Below, in pieces: positions 56,899-64,000 of a stretch of 64,000 nt of DNA. The stretch's first letter is position 1. Every line of letters starts with the position of its first letter. The notes under the pieces are model-generated. The model was not told the DNA's origin, did not search any database, and saw only the letters and a list, made by a program, of their open reading frames with translations. The stretch is from positions 1-64,000 of the IMG/VR virus record IMGVR_UViG_3300042878_001565. One strand, written 5' to 3'. Source of the stretch: a virus. Made by a program: the position numbers and the translations under genes.

Positions 56899-56926
56899 TT
56901 TTAAGTCAAAAATACAAATTAAAATG

Positions 56927-56956
56927 CAAAAAGAAACCCTCTATTCCTAGAGGGTT
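56927..56956 (-). terminator. intrinsic terminator with a GNRA loop
   Basis: Minus strand AACCCTCTA-GGAA-TAGAGGGTT followed by TCTTTTT; perfect 9-bp stem. Confidence 0.85.
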
Positions 56957-56969
56957 CAAAATACAAAGA

Positions 56970-57041
56970 GTAAAAATTGGCCCCAGATTATCCCAGGACC
57001 AATTCTAGTCAGCCACATAAACCAACCTCTCTGTGACAGCG
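56970..57041 (-). ncRNA. candidate structured RNA element (two G-U-containing hairpins) in a 3' UTR
   Basis: AATTGGTCCTGG-GATAAT-CTGGGGCCAATT and GTCACA...TGTGGC; GC-rich relative to the flanks. Confidence 0.35.
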
Positions 57042-57042
57042 T

Positions 57043-58827
57043 TTAATATTTTATAATATATCTCATTGTAATACTTTTTTGTCTGTTATCTCCTGATGAT
57101 GTACCTGTTGCAGTACCAGTAACTGGTCCAGCACCAGTTCCTGAAATAGTACCGCTAGCAGGAGTAGGAGAACCAGTGCCACCAGAAGGTGCAGTATTAC
57201 CAGCAAAATATTCTTTTTCGTGAATGTGAGTTGTTGGAGTAATAAATAAATCAAATTCTCCTGGATTATCAACATCTTCATAATCAGGATTATCTACCCA
57301 ATCTTTATCCATTGATGTATAACTACCTTCACCTACACCATCACTTCTAAAAATATTATGCTTGTGAGAACCAGAAGCAATAATATTTGCAGTAGATCCA
57401 TCAGTTGATGCTAAAGAGTGAACGTGACTTGGAAGATTGGCAACACCAACATTTACAGATGCTGTACCTGTTAAAGTAACAGCAGCAGTACCAGTAATAG
57501 TTCCGGTAATAGTTCCAACAATAGCATTATCTCCAACTTCAGTTCCAGTATTTGCAGCTGTTCCACCATAAGGAATTTTATCAATTAAATTTGGAACCGA
57601 AAATGTATTTATGGGCACTGGATTTAAATCGTATTCAGTACCAATTACATCCCATAAATCACCATAAGTAATTTTAGAAACTACTTGACCATCGCATAGC
57701 AACCATCCTATTGGAATAGCAACACCTATGCCACCAGCCCATGGAATAACACCACCTACAGGAAATAAACCTGCACCTGCAGCTTGAGCTGTTGAATTAC
57801 CACCACCTGTATTTGGTATAGCATCTTGTCCTGGAACATTATATGATACACTAACTTCTATACCAGCAGCCGGAATGCTTCCATTTCCATGTATTAAAGT
57901 TACAACATATATATGGGTATTACCTGAAACTCCAAATCCATCAACTTTATAAATACCAAAGTTTGCAGAATTTTGAGCATCAACTAATTGTATAATACTA
58001 TTTTTTACAATTCCTACCACCCATTGTATCCCACCATTTATAGCACCTATAGTACCACCATATCCATTTATTGTAGTATGACTAAGTGCTATTTGTGTAA
58101 CGCCAGCATAAGTTGTTGCAGCACTAACACCAACCGTACCGGCAACCGCACCGTCACCTTTCTTATAGAGAACTGAATTAGCACCCATGTTTCCTTGAAT
58201 ACCCAATGAGCCAGCTGCACCAGCTAAACCAGGACTTCCCGGATCTCCTTTAGGAAGAGTAAAGTTTAATGCATACGGATTGGTTCCAGTAATTGCTACT
58301 GCAGGTGTTGTTCCTTGTGTGACAACACCAATAGTTATTGTAGGAGCAGGTCCAATTTGACCTGGTGCACCATTTTGTCCGGGATTTCCTGGTTGACCTT
58401 GTTGACCAGGATTTCCTTGAGGGCCAGCTGGACCTGGAGTTCCACTTCCAACACCAGCTGGACCTGGAGGGCCTGAAGGTCCTTGAAAACCACGAGGTCC
58501 TCTTAATCCTGTTGCTCCACCAGCTCCTGCACCACCACCGGCTCCAGTACCACCATTAGCTCCACCTGCTCCATTAGCACCGTTTCCACCAGCTCCGCCA
58601 TTAGCACCGTTTCCACCAACACCGCCATTATTACCATTAGTTCCGTTTCCACCAAAACCGTTTCCACCAAAACCATTATTTCCATTTGAGCCATTGCTTC
58701 CATTTGAACCACCGCCAAAACCGCTGTTTCCATTTCCACCAAGACTATTGCTTCCGTTTGAATTATTTAAAGAACCGTTGTTTTGACAAGATCCTTTACA
58801 AGTTTTAACTTTACATTTTATACACAT
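57043..58827 (-). CDS. tail fibre: Cys-rich N-terminus, Gly/Asn repeats, collagen triple helix, phage tail-collar domain
   Basis: GGNG repeats, G-X-Y repeats, FPVGGVIPWAG..IP.GWLLCDG..VS...Y.DLW.VIG..Y.......F.VPNL, C-terminal MRYIIKY. Confidence 0.85.
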   Translation of the reverse strand: MCIKCKVKTCKGSCQNNGSLNNSNGSNSLGGNGNSGFGGGSNGSNGSNGNNGFGGNGFGGNGTNGNNGGVGGNGANGGAGGNGANGAGGANGGTGAGGGAGAGGATGLRGPRGFQGPSGPPGPAGVGSGTPGPAGPQGNPGQQGQPGNPGQNGAPGQIGPAPTITIGVVTQGTTPAVAITGTNPYALNFTLPKGDPGSPGLAGAAGSLGIQGNMGANSVLYKKGDGAVAGTVGVSAATTYAGVTQIALSHTTINGYGGTIGAINGGIQWVVGIVKNSIIQLVDAQNSANFGIYKVDGFGVSGNTHIYVVTLIHGNGSIPAAGIEVSVSYNVPGQDAIPNTGGGNSTAQAAGAGLFPVGGVIPWAGGIGVAIPIGWLLCDGQVVSKITYGDLWDVIGTEYDLNPVPINTFSVPNLIDKIPYGGTAANTGTEVGDNAIVGTITGTITGTAAVTLTGTASVNVGVANLPSHVHSLASTDGSTANIIASGSHKHNIFRSDGVGEGSYTSMDKDWVDNPDYEDVDNPGEFDLFITPTTHIHEKEYFAGNTAPSGGTGSPTPASGTISGTGAGPVTGTATGTSSGDNRQKSITMRYIIKY

Positions 58828-58837
58828 GATTTTTTAT

Positions 58838-60607
58838 TTATGGACATGATAAATTTATACCTAAATCATTTAAAGCAGAAACAATTTCATTTTTATAATA
58901 AACAGCTGTACTTCCAGCAACAGTATCTAATCGATATTTATATATGTTTGCTGCAAACTCTGCTGATAAATTATAAGGATTTGTATAAGCACCTTCATCT
59001 ATAAATGTTGCTTGAACCAATGACCTAAAACCTTGAAAACTATTTGGTCCTGTATTTATTCTAAACATACAACCTCTGATATCATAGTTTTGAGTTGCCG
59101 CATTTGCTAAATTAGTTTTAACTTGAACAATATCTGCATCATATCTTTTTGAAGCATCATTACCCCATTCACCTCTTCTTACCGTATTATCCCATGTTGG
59201 ACTACCTGCATTTCCATACCAGTATGGAGTATTTTCATCTGAAAAAACTAAGTTAATTACAAGATTGGTACTTGGATCAAGTGTTCTACTAATATTTCTA
59301 TCAGCTCCTAAACATAAAGCAAATGCTTCAAAAGTAGAAGCTCCAGTTACTTGAGTATTATTCATACTTAACACTTTAACTTTTTCATTATAAAGTGCTA
59401 CATCATTATTATAAAGTTGAATTAAACAAGCTTGCAAAATAGTACTTTGCATTGTTTCTAAAGGACTAAGAGTACTACCCATTGAACCTGAATCATCAAA
59501 CCAAATATTAATTTCGGTTGATTCATCAATTTGAGGTGTTGGTGGTACAATTGGAACACCGCCATTTTCAAGACAATCTACATCTATTCTACAAACTGGT
59601 ACACCAGCACATACATCTAATACTCCTACTGGACACGAATATTCACTTGATAATGTTCCACTAGGTGCGGTTGCTATACCAATTAAATTTTTTGATGAAA
59701 AATATATGTATGGATTAATATCAGCTTCAACATTTGTAGCTTTTAACAAAGTTGATTGAAAAGTAGCTAATGGTATATCATATATTTCAGCAAGAATAGC
59801 TGCTTGTGACTTTACAGGTCCGTTAAAGTTTTTACCAGTAAGTCTTATTACGTGATTACCTGATGGCAATGTAATAGGAAAAGCAAATAAGTTAAAAAAA
59901 CAACGATCTCCTTGATTAGAAGTAGTTCCATCAAATATTGTTGTGTATGGACCAACTCCACCAATTGTATTTAATGCTACTTCTAATTTTACATAGTTGT
60001 CACCAGAAATAGCACATATATATTCTTTAGATGTTGCTATATTAAAACATACATTAAATGAAAATTCTTCACCTGGATCAACTAGTGTAGTATCATCTCT
60101 ATTCCAAACACCAGCATTATTTAAACGACCAAGTGGTATATTAGAAGCACCTATATCTCTACCCCACAAATCACTTTCAGTTGTACTTAATATAGGAACT
60201 GTTGTCGAAGCACTATCTTTAATAACACTACCAACATAAGTTAAAGGTAGTGAAAATATAGGTGCAGTTAAATCACCTAAAGATTTAAATAAAAGTACAC
60301 CTAGTTTATTATAAGCTGCATTTCGACTAGCTTTTTTAATAACTTGTGGTGTACCTGGAAAAACAGGTGTTTGAAGTGCTTGACACTTACCTGTTGTTGG
60401 ATCAGGAATACTAAATTCAGGACAAGTACATATACAGGTTATTGGTTTCCACGTAGGAAAACCAGCTGTCATTGTACCATCATGATAATTAATATTTCTT
60501 GCGTTTGGATCAAGTATTTGCCATCCAAGTTGTTGATCTAAAAAATATATATCATGGAAACATGGATCTAACCAATCCGTTCCATCAAAAACTTTATAAT
60601 TTCCCAT
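58838..60607 (-). CDS. virion-associated protein with a beta-sandwich (PA14-like) region and a C-terminal vWA-like domain
   Basis: MIDAS-like INIWFDDSGSM and later LVFSDE; ISGDNYVKL...PITLPSGNHVI. Confidence 0.6.
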   Translation of the reverse strand: MGNYKVFDGTDWLDPCFHDIYFLDQQLGWQILDPNARNINYHDGTMTAGFPTWKPITCICTCPEFSIPDPTTGKCQALQTPVFPGTPQVIKKASRNAAYNKLGVLLFKSLGDLTAPIFSLPLTYVGSVIKDSASTTVPILSTTESDLWGRDIGASNIPLGRLNNAGVWNRDDTTLVDPGEEFSFNVCFNIATSKEYICAISGDNYVKLEVALNTIGGVGPYTTIFDGTTSNQGDRCFFNLFAFPITLPSGNHVIRLTGKNFNGPVKSQAAILAEIYDIPLATFQSTLLKATNVEADINPYIYFSSKNLIGIATAPSGTLSSEYSCPVGVLDVCAGVPVCRIDVDCLENGGVPIVPPTPQIDESTEINIWFDDSGSMGSTLSPLETMQSTILQACLIQLYNNDVALYNEKVKVLSMNNTQVTGASTFEAFALCLGADRNISRTLDPSTNLVINLVFSDENTPYWYGNAGSPTWDNTVRRGEWGNDASKRYDADIVQVKTNLANAATQNYDIRGCMFRINTGPNSFQGFRSLVQATFIDEGAYTNPYNLSAEFAANIYKYRLDTVAGSTAVYYKNEIVSALNDLGINLSCP

Positions 60608-60609
60608 AT

Positions 60610-61266
60610 TTATTGTTTAATCCAAATATCTCCAGCACGTAGTTTATTTGCAACATACGTTCCACCTACAGCTGTTGTGTCGATAAAGTTAGTAGTAAAA
60701 CCTGGAATAGCCGCATAAACATTTTGAAAAGTTACATTTGTTGGTTCACCATTAGGACCGCCACCAGGAAAACCACTTGCTGGGCTAACAAATACTGCTA
60801 CACCTCTACCATCGAATCCATTACAACCATTTTCAATAACAAACGATTGACTTACTGCATTATCAGTTCCATTGTGCAAATCAATTTGAGCACCACCTCT
60901 ACATCCAATATTTTGTGAAGCAACAACAGAAACATAGTTTCCATCTTTACCTTTATCACCTGGCAAACCTTGATCACCTTTAAGTCCAGGTGCACCTTGT
61001 AATCCATCAGTACCATTAACACCAGAAGCACCACTTGGTCCTAAAGGTCCTGACGTTCCATCTTTTCCTGGAGGTCCTGATGGTCCTAATTGTCCAGGAT
61101 CACCTTTATCACCTTTATCTCCACCAGAACCAGAAGGTCCTTGAGGTCCAGCTAAACCTTGTTCTCCTTTCTCTCCTTTCTCCCCTGCATCACCTTTAAA
61201 ACCGCGTGGTCCACGTACTCCTTTAGGAACAGGTGAACATAAACTATTTTTTTCGCAATCTCCCAT
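60610..61266 (-). CDS. collagen-like fibre protein
   Basis: About 30 consecutive G-X-Y triplets; C-terminal GDIWIK. Confidence 0.85.
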   Translation of the reverse strand: MGDCEKNSLCSPVPKGVRGPRGFKGDAGEKGEKGEQGLAGPQGPSGSGGDKGDKGDPGQLGPSGPPGKDGTSGPLGPSGASGVNGTDGLQGAPGLKGDQGLPGDKGKDGNYVSVVASQNIGCRGGAQIDLHNGTDNAVSQSFVIENGCNGFDGRGVAVFVSPASGFPGGGPNGEPTNVTFQNVYAAIPGFTTNFIDTTAVGGTYVANKLRAGDIWIKQ

Positions 61267-61285
61267 GATTAATTTTTTTTCAAAG

Positions 61286-61879
61286 TTAATAATGTATTTT
61301 AATATTTGGTCTATTTGATGTCAATGTACCTACACCTGTAACCGGTGCAGTAGCACTTGCTTTTGTTATAACAGAACTTATAATAGTAGATCCATCATTA
61401 CCACCAGAATCTCCTTGATATGTACCCCAGTTATTTTCCCAAACCAGCATAAGATTTTTTACGCCATCATAAACAAAAGGAGTATCAAGTGTAAATTGAT
61501 ACCATACATTATTATTTGATATTCCAAATGTAAAAGCAGCTTTAGCAGTAACTAATCCAGTAAGAGTTAATCCTGCAAATGACATGTCCGGACTTGCACT
61601 AAAAACAGCTTGATCAACCATTGCTAGTTTAAGCACTTGATTAGGAAAAGATCTAGGTGTTGCATAACTTCTAAAATACAAACTTATGGCTGTAATAGTT
61701 TTAGCACCACCTAATTCAGCAGCTTTCCAAATAACAGCGGTCTTACCATACTGATCTGAACCATTTAATATCAAATTATAAACACGTGTGGAACCTGTAC
61801 CAATTTGTAAAACCCCACCAGTAATTGGAGGGGTTACACCAACATCTCTGTGTCTTAATGTTCCTATATGATTTTGCAT
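61286..61879 (-). CDS. beta-sandwich protein resembling a domain of Bacteroidota surface proteins
   Basis: IW.AAELGG..TIT.I...W..FTLDTPF.YDG..NL...W; C-terminal RPNI. Confidence 0.6.
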   Translation of the reverse strand: MQNHIGTLRHRDVGVTPPITGGVLQIGTGSTRVYNLILNGSDQYGKTAVIWKAAELGGAKTITAISLYFRSYATPRSFPNQVLKLAMVDQAVFSASPDMSFAGLTLTGLVTAKAAFTFGISNNNVWYQFTLDTPFVYDGVKNLMLVWENNWGTYQGDSGGNDGSTIISSVITKASATAPVTGVGTLTSNRPNIKIHY

Positions 61880-61881
61880 AA

Positions 61882-63633
61882 TTATACTTTTAAATCACCA
61901 CCTAAAAACCAAACTCCGGCTGAATTAAGTGTCATTGTTGCAAATGAATATTGTACTCTTAATCTTTTTTCACCACCAGTTGAATTAAGTATTTCCGGTT
62001 GTGCTGGTGATACTCCACTTGTTCCACCAACAAAACTTACTTCACCTGTACCTTGTCTAATAATTGTACATGTAAATCCAACAGGGGGCAATGCATTAAG
62101 AAAGCTTGATGTTTTTGTACTAATTATTACAGCACTAGAGGAATTAACATAAATAATACTATTGTTATGCCATGGTCTTAATATAAAACTACCAGTTACA
62201 GTAAATATTTCTGGAATTGAATCACAAACCCAACCATAAGTATATGAATAAACTCCAGTAAATGAATCATAAAAAGTTGTTCTTAAACTATATGTATAAA
62301 CAGCATTTTTTTCTGTATTATAAACTTGATAACCAACAGGAACAGTTAATGCAAGCATCTCTGCTTGTGTTTTACTTGGTATAATGTATTGATTACTTAA
62401 CTGTACACCAGGAGTTGACCATATTCCAGCTGCTTTAGGTCCATACATAATGTATGTAGTTGTGTCTAAATAGAAATCACCATTAACACCTAAAATATTA
62501 CTTGGAACAGTTGTTCCATTTAAAACAGTTTTTCCAGCAGGACCAGTTGTTCCAACAGCACCGCGATCACCAGCAATACATAAATTAAAAGTGTCAGTAA
62601 TTGTTCCTGTACCTACTACATAATCAACACTTATAACTACAGTAGATGTTGGATTGGCAATAAGATTATTTACAATCCCTTCCATCCAAAAAGAATTCTC
62701 TAACCAAATTTTTACGCGAGTTCCTATTTTCCATCCAAGATTATTAATAGCCGGAGATAATGTAAATGTTTTTAAACCAGTACTAAAAGTTAAAGGACCG
62801 TTCCAAACTACACATGTTACAGCATTTTGTCCAGCTGCTCCTGTCGAACCAGTTGGTCCAATTGGACCAGTTGCTCCAATACTTCCAGTTGCGCCAGCAC
62901 TACCTGTTAACCCAGTAGGTCCAGCAGGTCCTGTTGGGCCGGCAGGTCCTGTTGATCCAGTTGGACCTGTAATACCTGCAGGTCCAGTAGGTCCAGTTGC
63001 ACCACCTGTACTTAATAAAGCCCATTCTGCTCCATTAGCTGTTGGAGTAACTCCAGTTACAGGTCCATTATAAACCCAATAAGAAGCTCCATTATACAAA
63101 ACAGTATCATCTGTAACATAAGTTGTAGCTGCATTGTAAGTTCCTTTCCAAGTTAATCCACCAGGAGAAACTCCAGGGTTACCTTGAATACCAGTAGCAC
63201 CAGTTGGGCCAGTAGCTCCGGTTGGACCTGTGGGGCCAGATGGCCCTGTAGGTCCTTGTGAACCATTAGTTCCGTTTGTACCATTAGTACCATTAGAACC
63301 ACGCATTGATGTAGCTGAACCCCAAACGCCTGCGGCTTTAGGTCCATATAAATCTAATGTAACAGTGTTAATGTAAAAATCTCCATCAACGCCTAATGCA
63401 TTTGATGGTACAACCGCACCATTTAAAGTTGATTTTCCATCTTCACCTGGATCACCTTTAACACCATTAATACCATTTACAGGAACACCAAAGATTTCTT
63501 CCCATGCTGAATTTCTCCATACATAATATTTATCATCAACATCTACATAATATGCAACATGCGGCAAAGTTCCTAATGCTGGTCTATTAATAGCCAACGG
63601 AACAACAATAATTTGAAAACTTGAATTTGACAT
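61882..63633 (-). CDS. collagen-containing tail fibre protein
   Basis: (GPT/GAT)n runs; two copies of a LNG..VPSN.LGV.GDFY......YGPKAAG.W module; [19 protein letters not shown] module; C-terminal W.L.GDL. Confidence 0.85.
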   Translation of the reverse strand: MSNSSFQIIVVPLAINRPALGTLPHVAYYVDVDDKYYVWRNSAWEEIFGVPVNGINGVKGDPGEDGKSTLNGAVVPSNALGVDGDFYINTVTLDLYGPKAAGVWGSATSMRGSNGTNGTNGTNGSQGPTGPSGPTGPTGATGPTGATGIQGNPGVSPGGLTWKGTYNAATTYVTDDTVLYNGASYWVYNGPVTGVTPTANGAEWALLSTGGATGPTGPAGITGPTGSTGPAGPTGPAGPTGLTGSAGATGSIGATGPIGPTGSTGAAGQNAVTCVVWNGPLTFSTGLKTFTLSPAINNLGWKIGTRVKIWLENSFWMEGIVNNLIANPTSTVVISVDYVVGTGTITDTFNLCIAGDRGAVGTTGPAGKTVLNGTTVPSNILGVNGDFYLDTTTYIMYGPKAAGIWSTPGVQLSNQYIIPSKTQAEMLALTVPVGYQVYNTEKNAVYTYSLRTTFYDSFTGVYSYTYGWVCDSIPEIFTVTGSFILRPWHNNSIIYVNSSSAVIISTKTSSFLNALPPVGFTCTIIRQGTGEVSFVGGTSGVSPAQPEILNSTGGEKRLRVQYSFATMTLNSAGVWFLGGDLKV

Positions 63634-63643
63634 ATCTTAATAA

Positions 63644-64000
63644 TTAATCTGTTATATTAGCAATTTGTTCAGAATCTACAGAATCATAATATGATAACCT
63701 TAATCCATTGGCACTGTTCATAAACAGTTTTTTATTATAATTTGCATAAACGTGTAATGCAGGTGTAAAATCTGTAGTTGCTACATCAATTTCTATCGAT
63801 GTATTTTTAAATGTATTTACAGTAATATTACCATCAAATAATAAACCTGTTACATTAAGCATTGAATTAATTTTATTAAATCTAAATAATCCAGTAAATG
63901 ATACATTTGTACAAGTACCTGTAAATAAATTTGAAGTAAATTCACCAGAAAATGATGTATTATATACATGATCTAAAAAAGTTCCGTTTTCAGAATCATT
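63644..64000 (-). CDS. 5'-truncated tail fibre/spike protein (N-x-x-F beta-helix-like repeats)
   Basis: Frame is open from the window edge (NDSENGTFLDHVYNTSFSGEFTSNLFTGTCTNVSFTG...) to TAA 63644. Confidence 0.65.
   Translation of the reverse strand, partial: NDSENGTFLDHVYNTSFSGEFTSNLFTGTCTNVSFTGLFRFNKINSMLNVTGLLFDGNITVNTFKNTSIEIDVATTDFTPALHVYANYNKKLFMNSANGLRLSYYDSVDSEQIANITD

Noticed and set aside
56748-57008. 86-aa + strand ORF across the structured intergenic region
   Set aside because: Mostly antisense to the IHF-like gene and crosses a terminator; the hairpins explain the sequence better
1366-63347. The many 60-140 aa antisense or alternate-frame ORFs in the track (e.g. 8806..9222, 24081..24506, 27525..27935, 62654..63073)
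   Set aside because: They lie inside long genes with recognisable motifs and show shadow-ORF composition (S/F/L/I-rich or mirrored collagen)
1-64000. Alternative genetic code (TAG/TGA recoding known in some crAss-like phages)
   Set aside because: ORFs up to 12 kb are intact in the standard code, and TAG/TGA act as real stops at tightly coupled junctions (e.g. 221-223, 13802-13804)
1-64000. tRNA genes, CRISPR array, integrase/transposase, reverse transcriptase (DGR)
   Set aside because: Intergenic gaps are too short; no cloverleaf, repeat-spacer array or diagnostic motif was seen

Overview
A 64-kb, AT-rich, densely coding fragment of a crAss-like (Crassvirales-type) podophage genome. The host is probably Bacteroidota/Flavobacteriia: starts are A-rich without Shine-Dalgarno sites, one TAnnTTTG promoter element is present, and several proteins resemble Flavobacterium-phage families. 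The standard genetic code reads through everywhere. The + strand (1-14505) holds replication/early genes: MoxR-like AAA+ ATPase, PD-(D/E)XK exonuclease, WGR protein, family B DNA polymerase, DUF932-like protein with a long acidic tail, Dda/RecD-like helicase, MazG-like pyrophosphohydrolase and many small ORFs. The - strand (64000-14480) holds virion genes: collagen/tail-collar/vWA fibres, IHF-like protein, ring/adaptor proteins, a 1666-aa muzzle-like protein, four probable ejected cargo proteins, and three giant proteins (2508, 3988 and 2024 aa). The 3988-aa protein is a single-chain virion RNA polymerase (DYDID). Capsid, portal and terminase genes are not in the window. Most notable observations: (i) the three giants are almost Cys-free except for cysteines at the adjoining termini, suggesting a head-to-tail linked ejection chain; (ii) plug-in modules (macro-like, SLOG-like, DUF4326-like, P-loop kinase, zincins) sit inside the polymerase and its partners; (iii) a recurring [FYMA]-x-x-G-G motif in two cargo proteins may mark protease cleavage sites; (iv) a GC-rich multi-hairpin non-coding element lies at about 56.9-57.0 kb. 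All family assignments come from motif recognition by eye; no searches were run.
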